A DNA stretch of 64,000 nt from the human T2T-CHM13v2.0 reference genome, Homo sapiens, in the NCBI RefSeq assembly GCF_009914755.1, contig NC_060926.1. The stretch is one strand, 5' to 3'. Below, piece after piece: positions 26,201-39,723 of this stretch. Position numbers and translations under genes: made by a program. Positions within the stretch are counted from its first letter, which is position 1. Every line of letters begins with the position of its first letter. The notes beneath the pieces were generated by a model, which was not told the origin of the DNA, made no database searches, and saw nothing but the letters and a program-made list of their open reading frames with translations.

Positions 26201-27118
26201 TCGATCAACATGATGTCATCAATGTAATGGACCAATGTGATATCTTGTGGAAGGGAAAGGTGATTAAGATTCATATAAACTAAATTATGACATACGGCTG
26301 GAGAGCCTATCTACCCCTGAGGTAGGAAGGTACCAGGGAATGTGTTAAATTGCTCAAGCAAGGAAGCCACATCTGGCACAGCAGCTGCAATTAGAGTTAC
26401 AATCTGGTTGAACTTAGGATGATTCACTGTCATTCTCTAAGATCCAGCTGTCCTCTCCACAGGCTGAATAGGTGAGTTGAATGGGGACGTGGTGGGACTC
26501 ACCGCCCTTGCATCCTTCAAGTTTTTGATGGTGGCACTAATCTCTGCAATGCTTTGAGGAATGTAGTATTGCTTTCAGTTTACCATTTTCCTAGATAAAG
26601 GCAGTTCTTGTGGCTTCCACTTGGCCTTCCCACCATGGTAGCCCTCATTCCATGGGTCAGGCAACCAACAGGGAATTCTGCTAGCTGCTGAGTATATCCG
26701 TGCCAATTATGCATTCTGGAACTGGGAAAATAAGCACCAGATGAGTTTAGGGATCCACTGGATCCACTGTGAGATGAACTTGAGCTAAAACTGCACTAGG
26801 TACCTAACCTCCATAAGCCCTTACTCTGGCTGGTGGACCACAGTGATATTTAAGGTATCCTGGAATCAGTGTCAGTTAAGAGCCAGTGTCCAGCACCCCT
26901 GAAAGGTCTGATTATTTCCTTTTCCCTAGTGGACAGTTACCCTGGTGAAAAGGCTGTAGGTCCCTTTGGGGAAGGCTAGGAAAAAGTCAACAGGATAAAT
27001 TTTTAGCAGTGTACTAGGGTCTTTCCACAAAAAAGACCTAGCCTCCCCTTCATTCAAGGGGCTCTGGGTCTGTAAACTGGTTCAAGTCTGGAAAATAATT
27101 GAAGGACCATGATTTCTG
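23291..27118 (-). pseudogene. pol: ERVL internal region: decayed pro, RT, RNase H, integrase and dUTPase
   Basis: Protease VLDTGS* (~26880-26898); RT LPQG* and [10 protein letters not shown] (YIDD at 26215-26226); integrase HSITSDKGTHFT...HPKAAGL; dUTPase-like HFGLLMPLSQQAKKGVTVLAGMIDP after integrase, the ERVL gene order. Confidence 0.9.
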
Positions 27119-27221
27119 CTCATCCAGAAACACTGTCATAGACACATTCAGAAAAATGTGTGACCAAATATTTGTGCACCTCACTGTCCAGTCAGGTTGA
27201 CACATAAAATTTATCATCACA
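27119..27221 (-). mobile_element. MLT2 5' LTR stub (~100 bp)
   Basis: CATCCAGAAACAC...CCAGTCAGGTTGACACATAAAATTTATCATCACA, homologous to 23189-23290. Confidence 0.8.
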
Positions 27222-27329
27222 GTAGGCAGGATTTGAAGATGGGCCCAAGATTCCTGCCCCCGCCCCCAGTATAAATACCTTCATCTCCCCTTCAGTGTGG
27301 GTAAAACCTGTGGATATGATGGGTATCAC

Positions 27330-27721
27330 TGTTGTAGAAAAAAACCTGGTTCTTGTCACATGACCAGGAAAAGTTAGGCATGCAGACACTTTGAAGGGTG
27401 AGGGTGAATGGAGTTTATTGGACAAAAAGGAAAAAAAAAAAACTCTCAGCAAAGCAAGAGAGGTTCCTGTTAACAGGCCGCCGTCTCACAGATTGAATGC
27501 CCAGGTCACCACCGAGGAACAAGAGAGGACAGGCTCCTTTCCTCTGCAAACACGTGAACTTCCTGAGGCTCCACTCTGTCCTCCCAGTGCTCAGGTGGGC
27601 ATTATTCAGAAAGAATCAGTCGGGAAAAGGGCAGGCTTCATCCAGGACCAGCAGTTCAGTTCTTCAGGCTTCAGGCAGTGGGGGGTCGGTGGGGAGCCTT
27701 GGCTGCCTCCTGTCTTTGTCA
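27330..27721 (-). mobile_element. ERV1-class solo LTR (MER4/MER50/LTR27 group; exact family uncertain)
   Basis: TG...CA termini; 4-bp TSD TCAC (27326-27329 / 27722-27725); AATAAA on the minus strand at ~27414-27419. Confidence 0.8.
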
Positions 27722-27741
27722 TCACTAACATGATTATGTCA

Positions 27742-28194
<453 letters not shown>

Positions 28195-28339
28195 CTAATG
28201 GCCTCTAGGAACTGAGCATGGCCCTCATCTGACATCTACCAAATCCTGACCCACAGAAACTATGAGATAATAAACATGGGTTGTTTTAAGCCACTAAGTT
28301 TGTGGGAATTTATTACGTAGCAATAGAACATTAATACAT

Positions 28340-29010
28340 TAAGAACTGCTTAGAAAATTTTGAAAAATGTCAAGAAGGGACTTATTATACTAGATATTAA
28401 AACTCACTTTAAAATGTTGATCATCAAAATGGTGTCATTTTTTACACCCAAAGGTTGTATACAGAAATCACCAGAAAAGAACACGTATTCCTATAACCAA
28501 CTGTGCGTATGCATATATAAATATTGTGTCTAACATAAAGGAATGGCTTTCAACAGCATTATTGGAAAAATTGGCTAAATATCTGGTGGTAAAATTAAAA
28601 TTATAACCTCACCTTACAGCTATGGGAGAAATACTAGAGTTAAATCTAAAAGATAAAATTATGAAAAAATACCAGAGATGGAGAAAGATTTATAAGGGCA
28701 AAATATGACAACATATACCATGAGCCTTAATAAAATTTATTTTCCTAGGTCTAGTTATTTCACATCTAGGAAAATGTACCCTGAGAACTCAGAAATCAGA
28801 CAGATTTGAATAAGAATTTTTTATTTCAGCATCATTTATAATTTCAAAAAAATCCAACAATAGAGAAATGCTCAGATAAATTATAATATAGTATATAATA
28901 TAATAGTATACAGTCTTCAGAAAGAAGAGACTAAATACATTAGACAAAATATTTTTACCAAGTATTTACTGTAAAAGAAAACTTTTACTAACTTACAACG
29001 TTAAGTGAAA
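28340..29010 (+). mobile_element. Old L1M(E) ORF2/3' remnant
   Basis: A-rich, with TACTAGATATTAAAAC and TTGGAAAAATTGGCTAAATATCTGG L1-like segments. Confidence 0.55.
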
Positions 29011-32000
29011 AAACACACACACACACAAAAAGAAAAATTTGCAAAATAGCAGATCGGAGGCACTGTTAGCGTGCCTCTCCCACTTGGAAAGACAAAATAG
29101 CGTGCAGATATTCACACTGGGATCTTTTTTCCAAGAAGCAATGCAGGAACCTAACAGGAAAAGTGAAAGAAACCACAGATCCTTTGGACAAAGTGGCGCG
29201 CTGCAGCCTAAACTCTGAGCCAGGCAGAAAACTCCAGAATGTGAGAGGGAGAGAAAGTCCCCAGAGTGTGAGAAGGGGAGAAGCTGCCTTTGGGAGGTAC
29301 ACCCCCACTGGGGAACCTGGCAATCCAGGCCATGGGGGACAGCCTTGACCCTACCCAGTGCTGGAGCTGATTGAATGAGCAGCAGGAGTATATGAGAAGG
29401 AATAGCTTTGAAACGTGTGGTGTGTGCACTCTCCTACTCCAGAGGGGATGGATGGAAGCTGTTCCTGATCCTCCATCACAGGGGACACTGTGGAAATCGG
29501 CCAGCTAACTTAGGTGGCAGTCAGAGGTTGAGAGAAGCTCCCAACTGAGATTTACGGTATAGTCTTGACTAGGGATAAACCCCCTTGGCCAGAACTGAGG
29601 GACGAATGGGGAGTGCATTGTAGCCACAGGTGCAGGAGCTGGGTGCCCCTTCTTCATGGGCAGAGTGGGAGGGGCGGTGCCTGAAAGCCGTGCTGTCTTG
29701 GTGGGGAAGGCTTATGGCCTGGGATAGTTTTGAGTCTGAAGCGCAGACAGTCTGGAACTGGAGGTGTGAAACCTGCCTTGCCAAGTGCATAGGAGCTGGT
29801 GGGGCGTATTGCCACCTGTTACTCCCTACTTCCTATGCGGAATTTTCTGTGCAGCAGAGGCAGCTGTGCTCCTCCTTGGAACATTACCCCAGAGGCCAGA
29901 GAATTGCCCTCAGATACCCACTGGGGCCACTGCTTGCATCCACAGGTGGAGAGCCAGAGTGCAGACTTGCCTGACCCAGTCCCCACCTAGCTTTGCCCCT
30001 CCACCTGCCCTAGTAGCTTAACACAAAGGACAGAAACTTTTGGAAGTTCCATGGCCCTGCCCTTTGCCTGAGACATGAGAGTACTTCCCCGGGTAACAAA
30101 CGTAAGGCAAGTGCAAATCCCACAGCTACCACTGCAGCTGGCAGTTTTACAAGCACCACCTCCTGGCGGAGGCCAGCTGACACAATCCATTACAGCATCT
30201 GCGGCAAAATAACATGGTACCCAGGAAGGAGGAAAATTGTGCATGACCTCAGCTATCACCATCGCCTGCTGGCTAATCGCCACCCTGGCTGATCAGGAGG
30301 TCTTGAGTGTGTTCTTGTGACCATTTCACTACTACTATAATTGGCACTTGAGAAAACCAACACACTAAGGCTGTTTATAGCCAAGGAATCTCACAGAATC
30401 TATGTCACTCCCCTGCTACCCTCATCAGAGCTGGTGCTGGGAGACTTGAGGACAGGTCACATCCACTGGGTCCCTTGTAGACATTCCCCACCACCAGCCT
30501 GGAGTGTGGAAGTCCCACTGGGTGGCTAGACCCAGAGGGGCAGCAGTATTCACAGTAGTCTGGCCCTCAGGGACTCCTACTCCACAACAGAATCCAGATG
30601 GCCGGCCTTGAGTTCCAGAACTTTTCACTTGTGGCAAGTTTCTTTCAGGCATGGGTGCTGTGCTGGGCTCAATGGGGAAAGTCTGTGGCTCTACCCCAAC
30701 AGTCAGCAAGCTCTGGTGCTTGTGAAGGATCTCAGAAAAGGGGACTTCTTCTCCCCCTTGCCCACCACTGAAGACACAGCTGGGGCTTCTTTCACTGGAG
30801 CTTGGCATGGATGCATCCGTAAACAGCCTTTCTGGAACACTTCAGGGTCACTGCATCTGCACAGAAGAAGTGCCCTCCAGGTTAAGGCTTGCATGAGGGG
30901 TAGAGTCACAATCCCTCTCTATGTGGAGCATCAGCATTCCTGCAGATGAAAACAGCTGCCTGTCTGATCTGTATAGCCAGAACACTGAGTCAGGAGTGTG
31001 ACTCGGAGGTGGATCACTTTTCTTCTGGCCTGGAAGGGGAGCTGAGGGGGTTCCCTCCCTTCCCCATGAAAACATCTCAATGCATTTCATTGAGAGCTCC
31101 TCCAGTCACCTCTGTCAAGGCTGGGACTCCTGCCCACCATTGGGTATTGCATTCACCCATCTGCTTTAGCCTCAGCTGTTTTTAACCCATGGACACATAC
31201 CGACCTGAAGCCTGAACTGTTCAAACAAGTAAGTAAAATAGGAGGGAATAAAATAAATAAATTTAAAAAGTACACACCACTGGGGAATGAGATAAGCTTG
31301 CTTTCAAGAGACCTTTGCCATTCCAGCTCCACAGGAGACAGTGAACCTGCTCACACACACAGCACATTGCTACCATAACCAGCATCTGAGAAAACCAGCA
31401 TTATAAAGACTTTCTATAACCAAAGAATTCATACAGAGTCTTCAAACCTGAAAGCATGCAGGGCCAAATTAGGTCACAGTAAACTATAAACATTAAAGTT
31501 ACATCCTCAAGGTGGGAAAGAAATTTTAAAAGACAGATGAATAAAAAAATTCAAAAATCATTAGAAGAAACAGTCTACCTGAATGGCAAGAAACCAGAAA
31601 AATAGTTCTAGCAATATGACAAAACAGGGTTCTATAACATCCCTAAAAGATCACACTAGTTCTCTAGCAGTGGATCCAAACACAGATGAAATCTGAAATA
31701 CCGGATAAAGAATTCAAAAAGATGATTATTAATTTACTCAAGGAGATACAAGAGAAAGGTAAAAATCCAAATAAATAAATTGACAAAATAATTCAGGATA
31801 TGAATAAAAAATTACTAAAGAGATAGATATTTAAAAAAATCAGAACTTCTGGAAATGAAAGACATATTTAATGAATTACAAAATGCAGTGGAAAGTTTTA
31901 ACAATAGGCTAGGCCAAGTAGAAGAAAGAATTTCAGAGCTTGAGGCTTTTCAAATTAACACAGTCAGACAAAAATAAAGAAAAAAGTATTAAAATTAATG

Positions 32001-32365
32001 AAAAAAGTCTCCAATAAATATGGGATTATATAAAATGACCAACCCTAAGAATCATTGGTGTTCCTTAGGGAGAAGAGAAATCAAACAGTTTAGAAAACTT
32101 ATTTGAGTGAATACTTGAGGAAAACTTTTCTGGCTTTGCTAGAGATTTAGGGATCCAAAAACAAGAAGCTCAAAGAACTCCTGGTCAATTCACTTCAAAA
32201 AGAACATCACCAAGGCATGTAATTGTCAGGCTATCTAAAGCCAATGTGAAGTAAAGAATTCTAAGAGCAATGAGAAAAAAGCATCACATAACTTATAAAG
32301 GAAAATTTATTGGACTAACAGCAGACTTCTTGCAGAAACCTTACAAGCCAGAAGGGATTGGCATC

Positions 32366-32749
32366 TGATACGGTTTGGCTCTGTGTCCCCACCTAAATCT
32401 CATGTTGAATTATAATTCCTAATGTTGGGGGAGAAAACTGGTGGGAGGTGATTGGATCACGGGGGCAGATTTGCCCCTTGCTATTTTCATGATGGTGAGT
32501 GAGTTCTCATGAGATCTGGTTGTTTGAAAGTGTGTAGCACTTCCCCCTTTGCTGTCTCTCCTGCTCTGGCCATGTGAAGACTGTGCCTGCTTCTCCTTCA
32601 CCTCCTGCCATGGTTGTAAGTTTCCTAAGGCCTCCCAAGCCATGCTTCCTGTGCAGCCTGCAGAACTACTAGTCAATTAAACCTCTTTTCTTCATAAATT
32701 ACTCAGTCTCAGATATGTCTTTACAGCAGTGTGAGAAAGGACTAAAACA
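32366..32749 (+). mobile_element. MaLR 5' LTR (MSTA/THE1D-like)
   Basis: TGATACGGTTTGGCTCTGTGTCCCCACC...GGACTAAAACA. Confidence 0.9.
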
Positions 32750-34261
32750 GAAAATTGGTACCAGAGAAGTGGGGCATTGCTATAAAGATACCTGAAAATG
32801 TGGAAGCAACTTTGGAACTGGGCACAATTTGGATGTCAAAAGAAGACAGGAAGATGAGGGAAAATTTGGAACTTCCTGGATACTTGTTGAATGCCTTTGA
32901 CCATTCAACAAAATGCTGATAGTGATAGAGACAATGAAGTCCAGGCTGAGGTGGTCTCAGATGGAGATGAGGAACTTCTTGGGAACTGGAGCAAAGGTGA
33001 CTCTTGCTATGCTTATCAAAGAGACTGGCAGCATTTTGCCCATGCTCTAAAGATCTGTGGAACTTTGAACTTGAGAGAGATGATTTAGGGTATCTGGTGG
33101 AAGAAATTTCTAAGCACCAAAGTGCTCAAGAGGAAGCAGAATATAAAAGTCTGCAAACTTTGCAGCCTGACAATGCAGTAGAAAAGAAAATCCCATTTTC
33201 TAGGGAGAAATTCAAGCTGGCTGCAGAAATTTGCATAAGTAACAAGGAACCAAATGTTAATCACCAAGACAATGGGGAAAATGTCTCCAGGGCATGTCAG
33301 AGACTTTCACAGCAGCCTCTCCCATGACAGGCCTGGAAGCCTAGGAGGGAAAAACAGTTTCTTGGGCCAGGACCAGGGCCCCCTGCTCTGTGCAGCCTCA
33401 GGACATGATGGCCTGCATCCCAGCTGCTTCAGCTCCCATCCTGGCTGAAAGGGGCTAATGTACAATTGCTTCAGAGGGTGCAAGCCCCAAGACTTGGTGG
33501 CTTCCACGTGGTGTTGAGCCTGTGGGTGCACAAAAGTCAAGAATTGAGATTTGGGAACCTCTGCTTAGATTTCAGAGGATGTAAGGTAACATCTGAATGT
33601 CTAGGCAGAAGTTTGCTGTAGGGGCAGAGTCCTCATGGAGAACATCTGCTAGAGCACTGCAGAAAGGAAATGTGGGGTTGGAGGCCCCACACAGAGTCCC
33701 CAGTGAAGCACTGCCTAGTGGAGCTGTGAGAAGAGGGCCACCATCCTCCAGACCCCAGAATGGTAGTATACCGTAAGCCTGGAAAAACCACAGACACTCA
33801 ATGCCAGATGTGAAAGCAGCTGGGAGGGGAGCTGTACCCTGCAAAACCACAGGGGCAGAGCTGCCCAAGGCCATGGGAATCCACCTCTTGCATCATTGTG
33901 ACCTTGATGTGAGACATGGAGTCAAAGGAGACCATTTTGGAACTTTAGGGTTTAATGACTGTCCTATTGGATTTTGGACTTGTGTGCACCCTGTGGCCCC
34001 TTTGTTTTAACGAATTTCTCCCATTTGGAATGGGTGTATTTACCCAATGCCTGTACCTCCATTGTATCTAGGAAGTAACTAACTTGCTTTTAATTTTACT
34101 GGCTCATAGATGGAAGGGACTTGCCTTGTCTCAGATGAGACTTCAAACTTGGACTTTTGGGTTAATACTGGAATGAGTTAAGATGTTGGGGGACTGTTGG
34201 AAAGGCATGATTGTGTTTTGAAATGTGAGGACATGAGACTTGGGAGGAGCCAGGTATAGAA
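32750..34261 (+). mobile_element. MaLR internal region (MST/THE1-int)
   Basis: GAAAATTGGTACCAGAG start; DLWNFELERDDLGYLVEEISK MaLR ORF remnant; purine tract before the next LTR. Confidence 0.9.
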
Positions 34262-34613
34262 TGACATGGCCTGGCTGTGTTCCCACCCAAATCTCATCTT
34301 GAATTGTAATCCAAATTGTAAACCTTATGTGTTGGGGGAGGGACCTTGTGGGAGGTGATTGAATCATGGGGGCAATTCCCTGATGCTGTTCTCGTGATAT
34401 TGAGTGAGTTCTCATGAGATCTGATAGTTTTGTGAGAAGCCTTTCCCCCTTCACTCTGCACTTCTCTCATTCTCTCTCCTGCTGCCCTGTGAAGAGGTGC
34501 CTTCCTGAGACCTCCCCAGCCATGGGGAACTGTGAATCAATTAAACTTCTTCCCTTTATAAATTACCCAGTCTCAGGTATTTCTTCATAGCAGAATGAGA
34601 ACAGACTAATACA
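34262..34613 (+). mobile_element. THE1(C)-like LTR
   Basis: TGACATGGCCTGGCTGTGTTCCCACCCAAATCTCATCTTG...ATTTCTTCATAGCAG...GACTAATACA. Confidence 0.85.
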
Positions 34614-34996
34614 CCACCCAAATCTCATGGTGGTGGTGTATTATTTGGGAATTTTATTTCCCAAAGTTGGGAGAAGGAGCTGGTGGGAGGTGATTGGATC
34701 ATGGGGGCAGTTTCCCCCATTGCTGCTCACATATTAGTGAGTGAGCTGTCATGAGATCTGGTTGTTTGAAAGTGTGTAGCACTTCCCCCTTTGCTCTTTC
34801 TCTTTCCTGCTCTGGCCATATGAAGACTGTGCCTACTTCCCCTGCACCTTCTGCCACGATTGTAGGTTTCCTAAGGCCACCCCAGCCATGCTTCCTGTGC
34901 AGCCTGCAGAACTGTGAGTAAATTATACCTCCTTTTTTCATAAATTATCCAGTCTCAGGTATGTTTTTAATAGCAGTGTAAGAATAGACTAATACA
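34614..34996 (+). mobile_element. Third LTR (same type as 32366-32749), missing ~20 nt at its 5' end
   Basis: Shares GAGATCTGGTTGTTTGAAAGTGTGTAGCACTTCCCCCTTTGCT and CCATGCTTCCTGTGCAGCCTGCAGAACT with the first LTR. Confidence 0.88.
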
Positions 34997-35287
34997 GAGC
35001 CCTATTTTTAGCCTTTTTAAGCAGAATAACCGTCAGCCAAGAATTTTATGTCCAGTGAAACTCAGTTTCATAAATGAAGGAGAAATAGTCTTTTTCAGAC
35101 AAGCATATGCTGAGGGAATTTGTCACTACCAAACCAGTCCTACACAAAATGCTAAAAGGAGTTCCAAATCTTGAAACAAGTGGGTAATATGCACAAGAAT
35201 AAAACCTCTTGAAAGCATAAAACTCACAGGGCCTATAAAACAATAACACAAAGAAGAAAACAAAGTATCTAGGTACCAATCAACGTG

Positions 35288-38200
35288 ATGACTGGAACAG
35301 TACCTTACATCTCAATATTAAAGTTGAATGTTAATGGTCTAAATACTTCACTTAAAAGATACAGATTGAGAGAATGGATAAAAATATCATAAGCCAAATA
35401 TGTGCTGACTTCAAGAGACACACCTAACACAGAAGGATTCTTATAGACTCAAGGTCAAGGGGGGGAAAAAGGTGTTCCACACAAATGGAAACCAAAAGTG
35501 AGCAAGAGTAGGTATTCTTAGATAAAACAGACTTTAAAGCAACAACAGTAAAAAAGACAAAGAAGTTCATTACATAATCATAAAAGGATCAATCAGATCA
35601 ATTCAACATAAGTTATTACAATCCTAAATATATATGCACCTAACTCTGGAGCTCCCAGATTCATTTAACAATTCCTACCAGAACTAAGAAAAGAGATAGA
35701 TAGCAACATACTAATAGTGAGGGACTTCAACACTTCACTAACAGCACTAAACAGACAATCAAGACAGAAAATCAATTAAGAAATACTGGACTTAAACTGC
35801 ACTATAGAACAAATAGAACTAACAGATATTTTACAGAACATTTTACCGAAGAACTGCAGAATATATATTATTCTAATCAGTACATGGAACATTCTCCAAG
35901 ATAGACCACATGTTAGGTCATAAAATAAGTTGCAATAAATTTTTAAAAATCAAAACTATATCAAGTATCTTCTCACACCACCATGGAATAAAACTACAAA
36001 TCAACTTCAAAAGGAACACTCAAAACTATACAAATACATGGAAGTTAAATAATCTGTTCCTGAATAATTTTTGGGTTAACAACGGGTTAAAAATTATTCA
36101 AAATGTATGATAACAGTGACACAAGTTATCTAAACCTCTGAGATACAACAAAAGCAGTGATAAGAGAAAGGTTTATAGTATTAAATGTCTACATCAAAAA
36201 TTCTGAAAGACCACAAATTGCCAACCTAATGTCACACCTCAAGAAACTAGAGAAACAAGGATAAACCAAACCCTAACTTAGCAGGGGTAAAATGAATTAC
36301 AAAGATCAGAGCAGAACTAAATACAATTAAAACAAAAAATACAAAAGATCAATGAAACAAAAATTGGTTCTTTAAAAAGATAAACAAAATTGATAGACCA
36401 TTATCAGCTAGATTAACCACGAAAAGAAGAGACAAGATTCAAATAAGTTCAATTAGAAATGAAAATGGAGACATTACAACCAACACCATGGAAGTAGAAA
36501 AGATCATTCAAGACTAGTATGAACACCTCTTTGCACACAATCTAGAAAATCTAGATGAAATGGATAAATTCCTGGAAACACACAATCCTCTTAGCTTGAA
36601 TCAGGAAGAAATAGAAATGTTGAGCAGACCAATAACAAGCAATGAAATTGAATCAATAATTTAAAAATTGCCAACAACAACAACAACAACAACAAAAATC
36701 CCAGGTCAGATGGATTCACAACCAAATTCATTCAGACATTCAAAGAGGAATTTGTGCCAATCCTACTGAAACTTTCCAAAAGATTGAGAAAGAGGGAATT
36801 CTCCTTAACTCATTCTATGAAGCCAGTATCACCCTGATATCAAATCCAGGAAAGAATATAACAAAAAAAAGAAAACTACAGACCAATATCTCTGATGAAC
36901 ATAAGGGCAGAAAATCCCCAACAAAATCTAGCAAACTGAATCCAACAGTACATCAAAAAGGCAATGTATGATCAAATGGATTTTATTCCGGGGATGCAGG
37001 GATGGTTCAACACACACAAGTCAATAAATGTGACTCATTACATAAATAGAATTAAAAACAAAAACCATATGATCACCTCAATAGAAACAGGAAAAAAACT
37101 CAATACAATCCATCATCCCTTTATGATTAAAAACTCTCAACAAACTAGGCATAGAAAGAACATACTTCAAAATAATAAAAGCCACATATAACCAGCCCAC
37201 AGCCAACATTATACTGAATGGGGAAAAGTTGAAAGCATTCCCCCTAAGAACAGGAACAAGACAAGGATGTTCACTTTCATCACTTCTGTTTATTATAGTA
37301 CTTGAAGTCCTAGCCAGAGCAATTAGGAAAGAGAAAGAAATAAAGGGCGTCCAAATTGGAAAAGATGAAGTCAAACTATTTCTGTTTGCCCATGATATGA
37401 TCGTATAACTAGAAAACCCTAAAGACTCCTCCAAAAGACTCCTAGATTTGATAAATAAATTTAGTAAGGAATCAGGTTACAAAAGCAACACATACAAATC
37501 AAGAACACTGCTATCTACCAACAATAATCAAGCTGAAAATAAAATCAAGAACTCAATCCCTTTCACAATAGCTACAAAAACAAAAAGAAAACCCTAGGAA
37601 TCTACTCAACTGAGGAGGTGAAAAATCTCTACAAGGAGAACTACAAAACACTGCTGAAATAAATCATAGATGACACAAACAAATGAAAATACACTCCATA
37701 CTCATGGATTGGAAGAATCAGCATTGTGAAAATGACCATACCACTCAAAGCAATGTACAGATTCAATGCAATTTCTATCAAAATACCAACATCATTTTTC
37801 ACAGAATTAGAAATAACAATTCTAAAATGCATATGGAATCAAAAAAGGAATTCTATGCAAAAATAACAAATCTGGAGACATCACAATAACCCAACTTCAA
37901 ACTATACTACAATATACTAACTGTAGTTACCAAAACAACATGGTACTGGTATAAAAATAGATATACAGACAAATGGAACAGAACAGAAAATCCAGAAATA
38001 AAGCCAAATATTTAGAACAAATTATCTTTGACAAGGTATATGAAAACATAAATTGGGAAAAGGATACCTTGTTCAATAAATGGTTCTAGGAAAACTGGGT
38101 AGCCACATGGAGAAGAATCAAACTGGATCCCTGTCTCTCACCATATACACAAATCAACTCAAGATAGATTAAAGACTTAAATCTAAGACTTGAAATCATA

Positions 38201-38643
38201 AAAATTATAGAAGAAAATCTAGGAATATCTCTTCTGAACATTGGCCTAGGTAAAGAATTCATGACTAAGAACCCAAAAGCAAATGCAACTAAAGCAAAAA
38301 TAAATCCATGGGACTTAATCAAACAGAAAACTTCTGGATAGCAAAAGAAATAACCATCAGCATGAACATACAGTGCACAGAGTGGGAGAAAACATTTGCA
38401 AACTCTGCATCCAAGAAAGGACTAGTATCTAGAATCTGCAAGGAACTGAAGCAAATCAGCAAGGGAAAATCAAGTAATTCCATCAAAAAGTGGGCAAATG
38501 ACATTGAATGAACACTTTTCAAAAGCAGATATACAAATGGCCAACAAACATGAAAAAATGCTCAACAGCACTAATCAGCAGGGAAATGCAAATTAAAACC
38601 ACAGTGAGTTACCAGCTTACCCCAGCCAGAATGGCTGTCATTA

Positions 38644-38676
<33 letters not shown>

Positions 38677-38958
38677 GATGTTGACATGAATGTGGTGAAA
38701 AGAGAATGCTTATACACTTCTGGTGAGAAGGTAAATTAATACAACTTCTATGGAAAACAGTACGGAGATTTCTCAAATAACTAAAAGTAGATCTACCATT
38801 CAATCCAGCAATCCCACTACTGGGTAACTACCCAAAGGAAAAGAAGTCATTATATCAAAAAGACACTTGGATGTGAATGTTTATCATGGCACAATTCACA
38901 ATTGCAAAGATATGGAAACAATCTAAGTGTCCATCAACCAATGAGTGGATAAAAAAAG

Positions 38959-38998
<40 letters not shown>

Positions 38999-39550
38999 AA
39001 TATAAATACCAACATCATTTTTCACAGTGTGTATATATATACACACACACACTACGGAATACTACTGATATGGTTTGGCTGTGTCCCCACCCAAATCTCA
39101 TCTTGAATTCCCATGTGTTGTGGGAGGGACCCAGTAGAAGGTAACTGAATCATGGGGGCAGGTCTTTCCTGTGCTGTTCTTGTGATAGTGAATGAGTCTC
39201 ATGAGATCTCATGAGATCTAAGGGGGAGTTTCCCTGCACAAGCTCTCTCTTCGCCTGCTGCTATCCATGTAAGACATTACTTGCTCCTCCTTGCCTTCCA
39301 CCATGATTTTGAGGCTTCTTCAGTCATGTGGAACAGTAAGTCCATTAAACCTTTTTCTTTTCTAAATTGCCCAGTCTTGGGTATGTCTTTATCAGCAGTG
39401 TGAGAATGGACTAATAAAACTACTCAGCCATAAAAGAAAAATAATGCCTTTTGCAGAAACTTGGATATAGCTGAAGGCCATTATTTTAAGTGAAGTAACT
39501 CAGGAATGGAAAACCAAATACTGTATGTTCTCACTTATAAATTGGAGCTA
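35288..39550 (+). pseudogene. L1 ORF2 remnant (endonuclease, RT)
   Basis: Endonuclease start ..TTGAATGTTAATGGTCTAAAT; [11 protein letters not shown]-like ([11 protein letters not shown]); GGAACAAGACAAGGATGT (GTRQGC); TTTGCCCATGATATG (FADD-like); many stops. Confidence 0.9.
39066..39418 (+). mobile_element. THE1(B)-like solo LTR inserted in L1
   Basis: TGATATGGTTTGGCTGTGTCCCCACCC...; 5-bp TSD ACTAC (39061-39065 / 39419-39423). Confidence 0.92.
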
Positions 39551-39723
39551 AGTTATGGGTACACAAAGACATACAGAGTGGTTAATGGACATTGGAGACT
39601 CAGATGGAGGGAGGGTGGGAGGTGGGTGAGGGATAAAAAACTACATATTGGGTACAATTTGCCTTTAGGGTCTTAGTCATGAATTCTTTGCCTAGGCCAA
39701 TGTCCAGAAGAGATTTTTCTAGG

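Larger units (their letters stand above)
31583..35210 (+). pseudogene. L1 ORF1 remnant (split by the MaLR at 32366-34996)
   Basis: ATGGCAAGAAACCAG start; TTACAAGCCAGAAGGGATTGG before and CCAAGAATTTTATGTCCAGTGAAACT after the insertion. Confidence 0.8.
29041..39656 (+). mobile_element. Near full-length L1PB LINE-1 (long 5' UTR, ORF1, ORF2, 3' UTR lacking its terminus), with nested MaLRs
   Basis: L1PB-type 5' end GCAAAATAGCAGATCGGAGGCA..CTCCCACTTGGA; L1PB-type 3' UTR GAGCTAAGTTATGGGTACACAAAGACATACAGAGTGG...ATTGGGTACAAT. Confidence 0.88.

Noticed and set aside
29041-31580. GC-richer ORF-dense region suggesting a gene or CpG island
   Set aside because: It is the CpG-depleted L1PB 5' UTR.
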